Shown in pieces: positions 26,692-37,778 of a stretch of 64,000 nucleotides of DNA. The first letter of the stretch is position 1. Each line of letters begins with the position of its first letter. A program made the position numbers and the translations under genes. This stretch comes from Acholeplasmataceae bacterium (GTDB taxonomy: Bacteria; Bacillota_I; Bacilli_A; Acholeplasmatales; Acholeplasmataceae). Under the pieces are notes generated by a model. It ran no database searches. It worked only from the letters and a program-made list of their open reading frames with translations, and was not told the origin of the DNA. The stretch lies in NCBI GenBank assembly GCA_050953805.1, contig JBMNNE010000001.1, positions 186,079-250,078 on the forward strand, in the 5' to 3' direction.

Positions 26692-29593
26692 CTGTTGACA
26701 TTATTGGATTATTTAAGTTAAAGGTAAATCCCGCAGCTGCTTGTAATCTTAATTCATCAACGACCCAGTCTCTAATATTTCCTTCATAAATAATAGTTTC
26801 TGTTCCATATCTCATATAAACACTCGTATCTGGATCAAATACATAATCATTAGTTACTACTCGGTAATAATTACTTGGATTAATTGTAACTCCATTAATA
26901 TATGATATTCTTCTATCAATTTCTGAATTTACCGATGTACCCCTTAGAATGGTACTTTTTACCATATTATCAAATGGTAACATTTTATATAATTTTTCAA
27001 GTGTAATATTACCAGCAGATAAATCTTCTCTAACCCCACCGGAATTATAAATTCCAACATCCGATCCCGTTTTAATAGCCATTAATTTGGATAACCATGC
27101 GGCAAAATCATCGCGATTAATATATTCGTTATTCGCAATAATAGTCGTTTTAAAAATCGGATCAGTTTCTTCTTGGTATGCTTCAATTTTCGCTTTAATT
27201 GTTAAATCCGGAGTTTGAAAACTTGGAGAATTGTAATATCGGTAATTTTTCATTGAATCTTTATTAATTGAAATTACCCCAGAAATATTACTAACTTCTA
27301 AATATCCCACTTCTCTTCCATTTGATCGAGATTGAATAATTGGTGCATAGTTGCCGTTAATATCAATATAGCTTCGATGGGTATGAGCATTAAAGATTAA
27401 ATCAACTCGGCTACTTCCAGTAGCACTTCTAATAACATCATTACCATCACCAGTATGCCCAACAGCAATTACAAAATCAACACTTTCAACCTCTCTTAAA
27501 TAACTAGCATATTCAGCAATGATTGAATCTGGATTTCTAAATTCATAATCTTTAACTCTTCCGGCAGAAATTGAACTTTCTAATCCAGCACCAATATAAC
27601 CAATAATCCCAAATTTAATTCCACCCCGTTCAACAATATGATAAGGTTGCGCTCCTTCTAATAAGTCATCGGTTCCCTTATAAAAAATATTAGCTGCTAG
27701 TAATGGAAAACTATATTTTGGATTATGACCAATAAAATGTTTCGTTACTTCTTCAATGCCCCAATCGAATTCATGATTACCGACAACGAAAACGTCAAGT
27801 CCCATCATTTCTAATAAATCAAGAGTTGAAGTTCCCATATAATAATTAGATAGGGCACTACCTTGAAGCATATCACCGCCAGCAATAAAAATTGAATTAG
27901 GATTTTCTAATCGCATTTGATTAATGAAATTAGCAATTTTTGCTAGTCCCATTTCCTCTCCATTTTCTACAATTGAGCCATGTAAATCATTTAAATAAAA
28001 AATTTGAACAGTTGATGCACCAGTTATGGTTGCTGATAAACTCACATCATCTTTGATCCGAAATTGATACTTGCCATTAGTTAGTGTTGTCTTAGTTTCA
28101 TTAACATAAAAGTCTTTAATCGCCATTGCTTCAGGTGGATTGAATGTAACTGTAACTAAAGTATTATACGCAATATTAGTTAAACCGCTATCAACAATAA
28201 TATAGTCACCTAAAGTAATGTCAAAAGTTTCAATAATTTCGTCATATAAAGCATAAATATCTAAATCACTTTGGACATTACTTGCCTCACCTGACCAACT
28301 ATTAAATTGATAACCAACTTTAGTATCATCAACTTTTGGGGCATCGGCACTTTCTCCTAGTCTTAAATAAGCTCTTTTTAAAACTAGGTTAGTAATACTA
28401 TCAATAAATTGAATGGTATAAATTGGGATATCGCTAATAACCGCTCTAACTAATAAATTAGATTTAACATGAGTAAAATCCGTGTCCCAGCCTTCAAATA
28501 TTTTACCATCCACTTCTGGATCAGGGGGAGATACAGCTGATTGATTATATTCAACAATTTGATCATCTACGACAACCCCGTTAACTAAAAATTTAACAGA
28601 AAATTTTTTGATTTGATAATTGGCATTAATTTCTAAATTTGATTTAACATTAGCAAACTCTTGATCCCAATTAATAAAATCATAACCTTCTTTTTCAAGA
28701 TTAGTTGGCGGAATAGCCGTTTTATTATAAGAAACAATTTTCTCATCAACTTGATTATCTCCATAATAAAATTTAACAGTAAATGTTTTAACTTTAAATT
28801 TCGCCTTGATATTCAAGTCTGATTTAACATTAGTAAATTCTTGATCCCATCCATCAAAGTCATATCCTTGTTGATAAGGATTTGATGGTGCAATTGCTGC
28901 CTGATTATAAGCTATAATTTGTTTATCTATCAATTTATTGCCATGGAAAAAATTAACAACATAAGTTTTAATTTTAAAATTAGCATTAACATTTATATTG
29001 GATTTTACATTGACAAAAGTCTGATCCCAACCAGTAAAATCATAACCTTCTTTAGTCGGGTTTGATGGTGCAATTGCCGACTCATTATAGTTAATAACTT
29101 GTTCATCAAGTAAAAGATCACCATTAAAAAACTTCACGGTAAAAGTTTTAATTTCAAATTTAGCATTAATATCCAAATTAGATTTAACATTAACAAATTC
29201 TTGATCCCAACCAATAAAATTATACCCTTCTTTAAAGGGAGATGCTGGTGGAGTCGCTGATTGATTATGATTAACTGACTGATTACTAACAACACTACCG
29301 TTAACTAAAAATTTAACGGTATATGTTTTGGGCTCATATATAGCATTTACTGTTAAATTAGATTTGACATTAGTAAATTCTTGATCCCAACCGATAAAAT
29401 CATATCCTTCTTTGACAATATCAGTTGGAGCGCTTGCCGCCATCCCATCCAAAACTTTTTCGGTTTTTAATAATGCCTCTCCATCTAAAAATTCAACTGT
29501 ATGAAGTTTTATATTGTTTGTTTCTTCGTCGCAACTAACTAAAAATAGTAAAAATAGTGCAACAAAGATTAATAATATTTTTTTCATGTTCAA
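26639..29593 (-). CDS. surface lipoprotein: Listeria-Bacteroides (Flg_new) repeats fused to a 5'-nucleotidase / metallophosphoesterase
   Basis: 984 aa. Lipobox LVSCDEE. About six 70-aa repeats with the signature EGYDF(I/T)GWDQ(E/T)F(T/V)NVKSNL plus a more divergent seventh copy. Then metallophosphatase motifs NDLHGS, GGDMLQGS, GNHEFDWG, and a 5'-nucleotidase C-terminal domain. Confidence 0.8.
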   Translation of the reverse strand: MNMKKILLIFVALFLLFLVSCDEETNNIKLHTVEFLDGEALLKTEKVLDGMAASAPTDIVKEGYDFIGWDQEFTNVKSNLTVNAIYEPKTYTVKFLVNGSVVSNQSVNHNQSATPPASPFKEGYNFIGWDQEFVNVKSNLDINAKFEIKTFTVKFFNGDLLLDEQVINYNESAIAPSNPTKEGYDFTGWDQTFVNVKSNINVNANFKIKTYVVNFFHGNKLIDKQIIAYNQAAIAPSNPYQQGYDFDGWDQEFTNVKSDLNIKAKFKVKTFTVKFYYGDNQVDEKIVSYNKTAIPPTNLEKEGYDFINWDQEFANVKSNLEINANYQIKKFSVKFLVNGVVVDDQIVEYNQSAVSPPDPEVDGKIFEGWDTDFTHVKSNLLVRAVISDIPIYTIQFIDSITNLVLKRAYLRLGESADAPKVDDTKVGYQFNSWSGEASNVQSDLDIYALYDEIIETFDITLGDYIIVDSGLTNIAYNTLVTVTFNPPEAMAIKDFYVNETKTTLTNGKYQFRIKDDVSLSATITGASTVQIFYLNDLHGSIVENGEEMGLAKIANFINQMRLENPNSIFIAGGDMLQGSALSNYYMGTSTLDLLEMMGLDVFVVGNHEFDWGIEEVTKHFIGHNPKYSFPLLAANIFYKGTDDLLEGAQPYHIVERGGIKFGIIGYIGAGLESSISAGRVKDYEFRNPDSIIAEYASYLREVESVDFVIAVGHTGDGNDVIRSATGSSRVDLIFNAHTHRSYIDINGNYAPIIQSRSNGREVGYLEVSNISGVISINKDSMKNYRYYNSPSFQTPDLTIKAKIEAYQEETDPIFKTTIIANNEYINRDDFAAWLSKLMAIKTGSDVGIYNSGGVREDLSAGNITLEKLYKMLPFDNMVKSTILRGTSVNSEIDRRISYINGVTINPSNYYRVVTNDYVFDPDTSVYMRYGTETIIYEGNIRDWVVDELRLQAAAGFTFNLNNPIMSTVDPILSRGDRYQTRTFI
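28243..29503 (-). repeat. coding tandem array of ~210-bp (70-aa) Flg_new-type repeats
   Basis: The repeated protein signature K(T/F)(Y/F)TVKF..G..L....V.YN.SA..P..P.KEGYDFxGWDQEFxNVKSNL appears about 6-7 times. The DNA copies are diverged. Coordinates are approximate. Confidence 0.7.
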
Positions 29594-29680
29594 ATAAAAT
29601 TACCTCTCTAATGATAAATTCATGATATTAATTTTATCCCTAGTAATTTTCTATCGTTTGATTTATCTATCAATTAATTA

Positions 29681-29701
29681 AAAGCTGTGCGTGACAGCTT
29701 T
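29681..29701 (-). terminator. terminator of the V-ATPase operon
   Basis: AAAGCTGT-gcgtg-ACAGCTTT overlapping the ntpD stop codon. TTTTAATT follows on the minus strand. Confidence 0.6.
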
Positions 29702-30345
29702 TATTTTTTATTACTTTCTTCTTTACTTAAAATAATCTCTTTACTCTTCATTAGTCTAACGATATTAGACCTTTCATTATCTTCTAATTTCATTTTGATG
29801 GTATGAATTTGTTCGGTCATCTCAGGCATCATCACAAATTCAATTGCGTTAACACGGCGTCTTGTCTTTTCAATTTCACTAGCTAACATTGAACTGGCTT
29901 TATCAAGTTCAGCGAGTTTAATTAATTTAGGTAGTAAATTTGATAAATTAATTAACGACTCATCTAACTCAAGAGGAGTTGTAAAGAAACTATAAGTAAT
30001 ATCAATTGAATCAGAAACTTCAAACTCTAAGTGTGGCGTTTCAATATTCATAATATAATTAACTTTGTTAGTTAACTCTAAATTTCTTGTAGGGATAAAT
30101 AAGGCTTCGTTAATTGTTGCAACCGATGATTTATTTTTGGCATTATTAAATTTTTTCATGATTAAAACTAGCTCGCGCTCAACTTCAATTCTTAACTCGC
30201 GGTTTTCCCTAATTATATCCATAAACTGACGAACCATTTCGTCCTGTTTATCTTTTAATAATTTATGGCCGCGTTTGGCAATTTGAAGTTGATTTTGAAG
30301 CTTCGTTAACTCCATTCTTGTTGCTGCAACTTGTTTTTGTGCCAT
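29701..30345 (-). CDS. ntpD: V-type ATPase subunit D
   Basis: 214 aa coiled-coil protein. N-terminus VAATRMELTKLQNQLQIAKRGHKLLKDKQDE is typical of V/A-type D subunits. It is the last gene of the operon, as in E. hirae. Confidence 0.9.
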   Translation of the reverse strand: MAQKQVAATRMELTKLQNQLQIAKRGHKLLKDKQDEMVRQFMDIIRENRELRIEVERELVLIMKKFNNAKNKSSVATINEALFIPTRNLELTNKVNYIMNIETPHLEFEVSDSIDITYSFFTTPLELDESLINLSNLLPKLIKLAELDKASSMLASEIEKTRRRVNAIEFVMMPEMTEQIHTIKMKLEDNERSNIVRLMKSKEIILSKEESNKK

Positions 30346-30361
30346 ACAAACCCCTCTTTAC

Positions 30362-31741
30362 TTAATCTTTTTCTGGGTGATATTTCTTAATGTTATCCAA
30401 GCTAATTCGACGAAGTTCAGTTTTCGGTAAAATTGCTAATAGATCCCATCCTAAATTTAATGTTTCTTCAATTGATCTCCCTTTCTGAAATCCTTGAGAA
30501 ACATATTTTAATTCAAATTCTTCAGCAAATTTTGCATATAACTTATCTAAATCAGATAAGGCACTTTCACCAAGAATCGTCGCTAACTCTTTGGCATCTT
30601 TACCTCTTGCATAAGCAGCGAAAAGTTGGTTCATAGTATCAGCATGATCTTCACGTGTTTTTCCCTTACCTATCCCTTTATCTTTTAATCTTGATAGTGA
30701 CGGTAAAACATCAATTGGTGGAAAAATTCCTTTCATATATAATTCTCTAGATAAAATAATTTGACCTTCAGTAATATATCCAGTTAAGTCAGGAATTGGG
30801 TGCGTTTTGTCGTCTTCTGGCATCGTTAAAATTGGGATTTGAGTAATTGATCCTTTTCCACCTCTAACGCGGCCAGCACGTTCATATAATGTCGCTAAGT
30901 CAGTATATAAATAGCCTGGGTAACCACGACGACCTGGTACTTCTTTTCTTGCTGCTGATACTTCTCTTAAAGCCTCAGCGTAGTTAGTAATATCAGTAAT
31001 AATAACTAAGACATGCATGCCCAGTTCAAAGGCCAAATATTCAGCCGCAGTAATCGCCATTCTTGGGGTCGCAATTCTTTCAATTGCTGGGTCATCAGCT
31101 AAGTTAACAAACATTACACTTCGCTCAATTGCCCCTGATTCTTGGAAACTTTTAATAAAGTAATCAGCTTCCTCAAAAGTAATTCCAATGGCCGCAAAGA
31201 CAACTGCAAACTTGTCGCCAGAACCTAAAACTTTAGCTTGTCTTGCAATTTGAGCCGCCAGTCTCGCATGAGGTAATCCAGCACTTGAAAAGATTGGTAA
31301 TTTTTGTCCTCTAACTAAAGTATTTAACCCATCAATTGCACTCACTCCAGTTTCAATAAATTCAGATGGATAATCTCTAGCTACTGGATTAAGTGGAGTT
31401 CCGTTAATATCTAAAGTCACTTCTGGAATAATATCGCCGCCATTATCAATTGGTCGACCTAAACCATCAAAAACGCGACCTAAGACATCTGGTGATAATG
31501 GAAGTTCAATTCCGCGACCTAAAAAGATGGCTTTGGAGTCATCAATTTTTAATCCTTGAGAACTTTCAAAAAGTTGGACTAAAGCTTTATCTTCGTTTAC
31601 TTCAAGTACTTTACCAAGTCTAATTTCGCCGTTGGCTTGTTTAATTTGAACTAACTCGTCATATTTAACGCCACTAACGTGATCAACTAACATTAAAGGT
31701 CCAACAACTTCTTTAATTGTTTTATATTCTTTGATAGCCAT
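30362..31741 (-). CDS. ntpB: V-type ATPase subunit B
   Basis: 459 aa. [19 protein letters not shown]...[19 protein letters not shown] is nearly colinear with E. hirae NtpB as I recall it. Confidence 0.95.
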   Translation of the reverse strand: MAIKEYKTIKEVVGPLMLVDHVSGVKYDELVQIKQANGEIRLGKVLEVNEDKALVQLFESSQGLKIDDSKAIFLGRGIELPLSPDVLGRVFDGLGRPIDNGGDIIPEVTLDINGTPLNPVARDYPSEFIETGVSAIDGLNTLVRGQKLPIFSSAGLPHARLAAQIARQAKVLGSGDKFAVVFAAIGITFEEADYFIKSFQESGAIERSVMFVNLADDPAIERIATPRMAITAAEYLAFELGMHVLVIITDITNYAEALREVSAARKEVPGRRGYPGYLYTDLATLYERAGRVRGGKGSITQIPILTMPEDDKTHPIPDLTGYITEGQIILSRELYMKGIFPPIDVLPSLSRLKDKGIGKGKTREDHADTMNQLFAAYARGKDAKELATILGESALSDLDKLYAKFAEEFELKYVSQGFQKGRSIEETLNLGWDLLAILPKTELRRISLDNIKKYHPEKD

Positions 31742-31745
31742 TTAA

Positions 31746-33524
31746 TCACTCTCCCAACTTTTCAAAGTCTTCATTCATTTTAACTTTAACTGCGTTAAAT
31801 GTTTCAATAAAGTCTTCTTCTTTAACATATTTTAAACGACCAATTTCTTCTAAAACTGGCATACTAATGATATTTTCATATCTAACATGACGCTTAATTG
31901 CAGCTAAAGCTTGTTCATACCATTGGAAAATAATATTTAAGATATCATATTGCTTTTCTAGTGTAGTATAAGTATCGATAGCGTCAAAGGCGTTTTGATG
32001 TAAAAAGTCTTCACGAATCATCGCTGCCGCATTTAATTTTAATCGATCATTGTAATCTAATGAATCCATTCCAACTAGACGAACGATTTCTTGAAGTGAA
32101 GCTTCTTCTTGAAGTAAATTCATCGTACGTCTCACTTGTAATGACCAATTAGACTTAACGTTTTTATCAAAATAATCATTTAAAACATCTTGATATAACG
32201 AATAACTTCTTATCCAGTCAATAGCTGGGAAGTGTCTAGCATACGCTAGTTGAGCTGATAGCCCCCAGAAAACTTTAACAATTCTTAAAGTTGCCTGGCT
32301 CACTGGTTCTGAAGTGTCTCCCCCTGGAGGTGAAACCGCCCCAATTGCGGTTACCGCTCCTTCTCTTGGATTAGTTCCAATCGTTTTAACATAACCAGCT
32401 CTTTCATAAAATTCCGCTAATCTCGATGATAGATATGCTGGGTATCCTTCTTCACCTGGCATTTCTTCTAAACGCCCCGACATTTCTCTTAACGCTTCTG
32501 CCCAACGGGAAGTTGAATCGGCCATAATCGCCACTTTATATCCCATATCTCTAAAATATTCGGCAATCGTAATTCCGGTATAAATTGACGCTTCTCTCGC
32601 AGCCACTGGCATGTTGGAAGTATTAGCAATTAATACTGTTCTTTTCATTAATGATTCATTAGTTTTAGGGTCGACTAATCGTGGGAACTCCATTAACACA
32701 TCAGTCATTTCATTACCACGTTCACCACATCCAACATAAACGATAATATCAGCTTCCGCCCATTTCGCTAATTGGTGTTGAACAACAGTCTTTCCAGAGC
32801 TAAAAGGCCCAGGAATTGCCGCAATTCCTCCCATTGCAATTGGAAATAAAGTATCAATTACTCTTTGTCCAGTTACCATTGGTTGATTTGGAGCAATTTT
32901 TTCTAAATAAGGGCGGCGTTTTCTTACTGGCCAATATTGAATCATATTTAGTTTAATAGTATTGCCATTTTTATCTTTTAATTCACAGACAGTTTCAGTA
33001 ACTGGTCCTTTTACTTCTTTAATTTTTATAATTTCACCAGAAATATTTGGTGGAACCATAATTTTATGAGTAACGGAATCTGTTTCTTTAACTTCGCCAA
33101 GAATATCTCCACCTTTAACTTTTGCACCAACTTTTAAAAGTGGTTTAAAATGCCAAATTTTTTCTCGGCTTAATTTCGGAACATCAATTCCTAATGGAAT
33201 ATGGTTGCCACTTATTTCATAAATATGATCTAATGGGCGTTGAATTCCATCAAAAATACCTTCAATTAATCCTGGTCCTAATTCGGCTGATAATGGTTCA
33301 TTAGTAAAATAGACTGGTTCGCCTGGTCCAATTCCAGCGGTTTCTTCATAAACTTGAATTGACGCTAAATCATCGCGAAGTTCAATGACTTCGCCAATTA
33401 AATGACGATCACTTACATGAACGACATCATAAACTTGGACATCTTGCATCCCTTTAGCGACAATTAATGGACCCGATACTTTCGTAATAATTCCGTGTTT
33501 TCTTTCTTTCTTCATATTTATCAC
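31746..33524 (-). CDS. ntpA: V-type ATPase catalytic subunit A
   Basis: 592 aa. Walker [10 protein letters not shown]. Non-homologous-region insert typical of A subunits. [10 protein letters not shown]. Confidence 0.95.
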   Translation of the reverse strand: MINMKKERKHGIITKVSGPLIVAKGMQDVQVYDVVHVSDRHLIGEVIELRDDLASIQVYEETAGIGPGEPVYFTNEPLSAELGPGLIEGIFDGIQRPLDHIYEISGNHIPLGIDVPKLSREKIWHFKPLLKVGAKVKGGDILGEVKETDSVTHKIMVPPNISGEIIKIKEVKGPVTETVCELKDKNGNTIKLNMIQYWPVRKRRPYLEKIAPNQPMVTGQRVIDTLFPIAMGGIAAIPGPFSSGKTVVQHQLAKWAEADIIVYVGCGERGNEMTDVLMEFPRLVDPKTNESLMKRTVLIANTSNMPVAAREASIYTGITIAEYFRDMGYKVAIMADSTSRWAEALREMSGRLEEMPGEEGYPAYLSSRLAEFYERAGYVKTIGTNPREGAVTAIGAVSPPGGDTSEPVSQATLRIVKVFWGLSAQLAYARHFPAIDWIRSYSLYQDVLNDYFDKNVKSNWSLQVRRTMNLLQEEASLQEIVRLVGMDSLDYNDRLKLNAAAMIREDFLHQNAFDAIDTYTTLEKQYDILNIIFQWYEQALAAIKRHVRYENIISMPVLEEIGRLKYVKEEDFIETFNAVKVKMNEDFEKLGE

Positions 33525-33526
33525 TC

Positions 33527-33838
33527 CTAAAAGATGTTAATCCCGATAGCTCTTTCGACATCTTTTCTTATTTTTTCTAATCCTTTTCCACTTTCAATAC
33601 CACTAAGCGGTAATGAAAGAATAATTGGGTAAGCTTCATTTTGATATTTTTCTAAAGTTTCAACAATCGCTTCATTAAAAATATCACTAACTAAAATTAT
33701 TTTAGTTCCTAATTCAGCTAATTCATCGATTTTTTCATTTAATTTTTTTCGATCTTTAATAACAAAGGTAGTAATTCCGACCCCTTGAAATAAAATGATA
33801 TCTTCATTTTCACCTAAACAGGCAATTTCAATTTTCAC
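33527..33838 (-). CDS. ntpG: V-type ATPase subunit F (NtpG in E. hirae nomenclature)
   Basis: 103 aa, positioned between the C and A subunits. [21 protein letters not shown] resembles F-subunit N-termini. Confidence 0.8.
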   Translation of the reverse strand: MKIEIACLGENEDIILFQGVGITTFVIKDRKKLNEKIDELAELGTKIILVSDIFNEAIVETLEKYQNEAYPIILSLPLSGIESGKGLEKIRKDVERAIGINIF

Positions 33839-33850
33839 AAATTACACCTC

Positions 33851-34804
33851 CTAATATTTTAATAAATTAGTAATGTCAACTTCCTTATCAAAATAAAGGA
33901 GTCTCACATTATTAATTTCAAATTCTTTCGCTAATAAATAATTAATTAATGGACCACTTGAAAAAGTATCATAATTATAATCTTTGATCCCTTTTAAAAG
34001 GTCTTGTTTGAGGGTGTGGTCAAGTAATGATAAATTAACTAACTCGTTAAATCCTTGTAAAACATTTATTACTTCATCTGAATAATGAAGTTTTAAAATA
34101 TCTAGTTTTTCATCAATTCTTAAATTATATAACTCTTTAAAGATACTTAATTCAATTTCACCACCTAAAATTAAATGGTTGTTAAATTCTTCATTTGTCA
34201 AATGAATATTTTCCGCTCTAAATAAAGTAATTAAATTATTTGAATCAATTAGTTTTTGTAAGTATTTAATTAAAGCCAGTTCGCGATACTCTTGCGCTTT
34301 TTTTAACATATAAGAGTAAACAATTTGGTCAACTTTGTGACTTAAACTTTGACTTGTTAAATTTTTGTCATGAGTAATTTCACTCAACTGTCTTAAAAGT
34401 TCTTCATTTTCACTTGATACTTTAGAAAATTCTTGATTAATTAAAGCTTCTTTTAATTCATAAATAGGAATTACTGATTGTTTTTCAAAAGTTAAATCAT
34501 TACTTTTAATAAAAAAATGATTCTTTAAAAGAAGTTTAATGTTAATTAAATCATATTTTAAATACCATAATCTAACAATCTCTAGGTTAGGAACAATTTG
34601 TAAAAGTTCAGTTTTAGTTTTAATCTGTTCATTAGTAATAACTTCATCTAAATAATATGAGACATGATCAAAACCGTAACCTAAGTCACGTAATACTTTT
34701 AAGTATTCACTTTTATCGGTTTTTAAAAGTGTTAAATATTGAGTTTCTCCAAATAAATTAGCACTTTTAGCATTAATTGCTCCACTAGCAAAAGTATATG
34801 GCAT
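33851..34804 (-). CDS. ntpC: V-type ATPase subunit C (d-type)
   Basis: 317 aa helical protein in the conserved operon position E-C-F(G)-A-B-D. Confidence 0.8.
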   Translation of the reverse strand: MPYTFASGAINAKSANLFGETQYLTLLKTDKSEYLKVLRDLGYGFDHVSYYLDEVITNEQIKTKTELLQIVPNLEIVRLWYLKYDLINIKLLLKNHFFIKSNDLTFEKQSVIPIYELKEALINQEFSKVSSENEELLRQLSEITHDKNLTSQSLSHKVDQIVYSYMLKKAQEYRELALIKYLQKLIDSNNLITLFRAENIHLTNEEFNNHLILGGEIELSIFKELYNLRIDEKLDILKLHYSDEVINVLQGFNELVNLSLLDHTLKQDLLKGIKDYNYDTFSSGPLINYLLAKEFEINNVRLLYFDKEVDITNLLKY

Positions 34805-35391
34805 TACTTAAATAACTCCTGTGATAATTTTGATTCGTATTCTCGTCTAACTTTATTAATTAATTCCATAAAATCAAAGTTTAAATCATAGTATTTACCA
34901 ACTATTAAAAAACCCGAATCAATTAAGGCTGGTTTGTCTGATAATTGGAACTTTGTTTTTAATTCTTTGTTGATTTTAGGAATTAAAAGTTCATATTTTT
35001 GATAATCTGATTTATTAACCATAATTTCTTCATTACCACTATATTCTTCTAATTTAATTAAATTAACAATTAGAGTTAAAAATTCTAAGTCAGGTAAAGA
35101 TTTTATTTTTTGATATGCTTGATCAAAAACTTGATTAATTACTTCGCTTTTAGCTCTTAAAAGTGTTTGTCTCCTTGCAATTTCTTGAGACATTTCTAGT
35201 GATTTAACTTTTAAATCAGCCTCAAGTTTAGCATCACCAATAATCTTATCGGCTTCTTTTTGAGCTTTTAAAATAATTTGGTTTTCTAATTCTTTGGCTT
35301 GTTGGCTAGCGACAGTTCTAATTTGCTTGGCTTCTTCCTTGCCTTGTGAAACAATGAAATCAGTTAGTTTTTCTTTTTCCAAATTAATCAC
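34804..35391 (-). CDS. ntpE: V-type ATPase subunit E (peripheral stalk)
   Basis: 195 aa. The N-terminal long charged helix (EEAKQIRTVASQQAKELENQIILKAQKEADKII) is typical of E subunits. Operon position supports the call. Confidence 0.8.
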   Translation of the reverse strand: MINLEKEKLTDFIVSQGKEEAKQIRTVASQQAKELENQIILKAQKEADKIIGDAKLEADLKVKSLEMSQEIARRQTLLRAKSEVINQVFDQAYQKIKSLPDLEFLTLIVNLIKLEEYSGNEEIMVNKSDYQKYELLIPKINKELKTKFQLSDKPALIDSGFLIVGKYYDLNFDFMELINKVRREYESKLSQELFK

Positions 35392-35397
35392 TCCTTA

Positions 35398-35874
35398 TTA
35401 AACTGGAATTGAAACCCACATTAAGATACTAACTAATAGTGATAAAATTGCATAAGTTTCAACAATCGCTGTCATTGTCATCCCGCGGGCTGTTAATGTT
35501 GGTTGTTTGGCAACCATATGAATTGCTGAAGCTGCAGCTTTACCTTGATAAATTGCTGAAACTAATCCACCAATAGCGATTGGTAATGCGGCATATAAAA
35601 ATGCCCTTCCTAATTCTTCATCTAGTGGAATAGCGTTACCACCCAAAATACCAATTTTAGCTAAAATTAACACTGACATTAGAAATCCATAAATTCCTTG
35701 AGTTCCTGGTAAAGCTTGTAAAATTAAGACACGACCAAATAATTCTGGTTTTTCTGAAATAACTCCGTTTCCTGCTTTACCAGCAATAGCGACTCCAATG
35801 GCTGATCCCGCACCAGCTAATGCTGTCGCTAAGGCAGCTCCTAATAACGCAAACACTAATCCTTCTGTAATCAT
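35398..35874 (-). CDS. ntpK: V-type ATPase proteolipid subunit K (duplicated 4-TM c subunit)
   Basis: 158 aa. LILQALPGTQGIYGF, IYQGKAAA and VETYAIL align with the E. hirae NtpK motifs LILQLLPGTQGLYGF, IAQGKVAA and VETYAIL. Confidence 0.9.
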   Translation of the reverse strand: MITEGLVFALLGAALATALAGAGSAIGVAIAGKAGNGVISEKPELFGRVLILQALPGTQGIYGFLMSVLILAKIGILGGNAIPLDEELGRAFLYAALPIAIGGLVSAIYQGKAAASAIHMVAKQPTLTARGMTMTAIVETYAILSLLVSILMWVSIPV

Positions 35875-35888
35875 AATCTATTTTCCTC

Positions 35889-37778
35889 CTATAAGTTATC
35901 TTCTATTTCATAAATATGATTGTATTGTAATTTTAATGGGGTAAAGGCATAGCCTCCACCATCATAAAATTTACCAAAAAATTCGATATATTGTAATCTA
36001 CTATCATGAACATAAGCTGATAGTAACCCCATAGCTAAATTAAATACGTGACCAATAATAAATATTATAATTCCAAATATATAAGTATACCAAGCTCCAG
36101 TAATGACCAAACTACCAATAATATTCATTGAATAAGCAATTACTCCCGATGATAGAGCTAAAGCTAAGATTCTAGAGTATGACAAGATATCTGATAAATA
36201 ACTAGTGATACCATATAATCCACCTAATCCGCTAGTAACTTTCTTAAAGATTTTTTTACTGCCACGACCGCTAAAGAGTAAAATCATTAACGCCCCAAGT
36301 CCAGCCATCACATATCCTAAAATTGCTAACTTCGGTAAAACCAATAAAATTACTAATCCGGGAATAATTAACATCCAACTAACTGCTTCAGCTAAGATTC
36401 CTAAATAGTCTTTTTCCTTAGCCATCCGAATCGATTTAATTATTAGAGCGACAAAGATATGAATCGTTCCTACAGCTAATGATGCAATCAACATTGGTAT
36501 CGGATCATTCATTGGATCGAATAATTGAAACTTCACCCCAAAGATAGCTTTTCCTATATCAAAAGAAATTCCAAAAACCGATCCATATAATACTCCAAAT
36601 AAAATTGAAGTAAAACTAGAATAAAATAAAACTTGAATCAATTTTTTCATATCACCTTTTGGCTTCTTAATAAATAAAAATAACCCAAATAAGATCGCCA
36701 TAACAATTCCGTATCCCCAATCTCCCATCATCATTCCAAAAAACATCCAGTACCAAACGGACATAACTGGATTTGGATCAATTTCATGATAACTCGGAAC
36801 ACTAAACATATTAGTAATGGTTTCAAATGGTGCCACAAATTTATTATTTTTATTATATGTTGGTGGATTTTCTTGTGGGAGTGGCTCTCTTAAGTCGATT
36901 TCATGATTACTAGTAACTCTCGCTACCGCTTTATTTAGTAAATCTTGTTGATCCTCTCTAACCCAACCTTCAAAATAAATTGTTCGTTCAGTGGTTTCGG
37001 CTTGATATTTTTTCAATTCTTTTTCTGATAACATTTGATCGCTTAACAATCTAATTTCATCAAGTGATAATGCAAAAGATTTTAATTTCTCTTCTAATTC
37101 ATTAATTATTTCTAAATTATTTTTAATTTTACTTTCTAATGCCTCAACTTCATCAGCAATTAAATGATTTAATAGTGGCAGTTTAACTTCATTAAAATTA
37201 ACTCCTTTTAAATCATTTAAAATATCATTTTTGCTAATAATAGCATATGCTAAACCGTTAGCATCGCTATCATATGTTTCATATAGTAAATTTTGCGACG
37301 CTAAAAAATTATTAAAAGACTCAATGTCTTGAGTTAATACTTGACCTAAATAAATATTAACGTAGGTGATGTTTGAAATATCTAATGGAGTAACACTTAA
37401 TTGTAACCATGGTTTATAAGCATTTATATTTTCATTAGCTATTGCATTTTCTTCTTTTAATTTGGAAACTTCAGCTAAGGTTTTTTCAATTTGGTCTAAC
37501 AGTTCTAATTGTTCTGGCTTAATATCTTGAAAACGATCATAATTAACAATTTGAAATTTTGGACTAAAAAATTTAGGTTTTTCTTCATATTTGCTTAATT
37601 CTTTAATTATTCGATTTGATCTAGAAATAATACTATCTTCATACTGAGTATCAACAACATGAGAACTACTACCTTCATTAGTAATCATTAAAACTCCATA
37701 TCTTTGTAGGGATCTTTTTAATTTATTTTCATATTCCTTTAAGACGAAAACTTTCGCCTTCTTCATTTTAACAATCAT
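35889..37778 (-). CDS. ntpI: V-type ATPase subunit I (a-type stator/ion channel)
   Basis: 629 aa. N-terminal soluble coiled-coil half and C-terminal polytopic half, including the conserved ...LSYSRILALALSS... arginine helix. Confidence 0.9.
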   Translation of the reverse strand: MIVKMKKAKVFVLKEYENKLKRSLQRYGVLMITNEGSSSHVVDTQYEDSIISRSNRIIKELSKYEEKPKFFSPKFQIVNYDRFQDIKPEQLELLDQIEKTLAEVSKLKEENAIANENINAYKPWLQLSVTPLDISNITYVNIYLGQVLTQDIESFNNFLASQNLLYETYDSDANGLAYAIISKNDILNDLKGVNFNEVKLPLLNHLIADEVEALESKIKNNLEIINELEEKLKSFALSLDEIRLLSDQMLSEKELKKYQAETTERTIYFEGWVREDQQDLLNKAVARVTSNHEIDLREPLPQENPPTYNKNNKFVAPFETITNMFSVPSYHEIDPNPVMSVWYWMFFGMMMGDWGYGIVMAILFGLFLFIKKPKGDMKKLIQVLFYSSFTSILFGVLYGSVFGISFDIGKAIFGVKFQLFDPMNDPIPMLIASLAVGTIHIFVALIIKSIRMAKEKDYLGILAEAVSWMLIIPGLVILLVLPKLAILGYVMAGLGALMILLFSGRGSKKIFKKVTSGLGGLYGITSYLSDILSYSRILALALSSGVIAYSMNIIGSLVITGAWYTYIFGIIIFIIGHVFNLAMGLLSAYVHDSRLQYIEFFGKFYDGGGYAFTPLKLQYNHIYEIEDNL

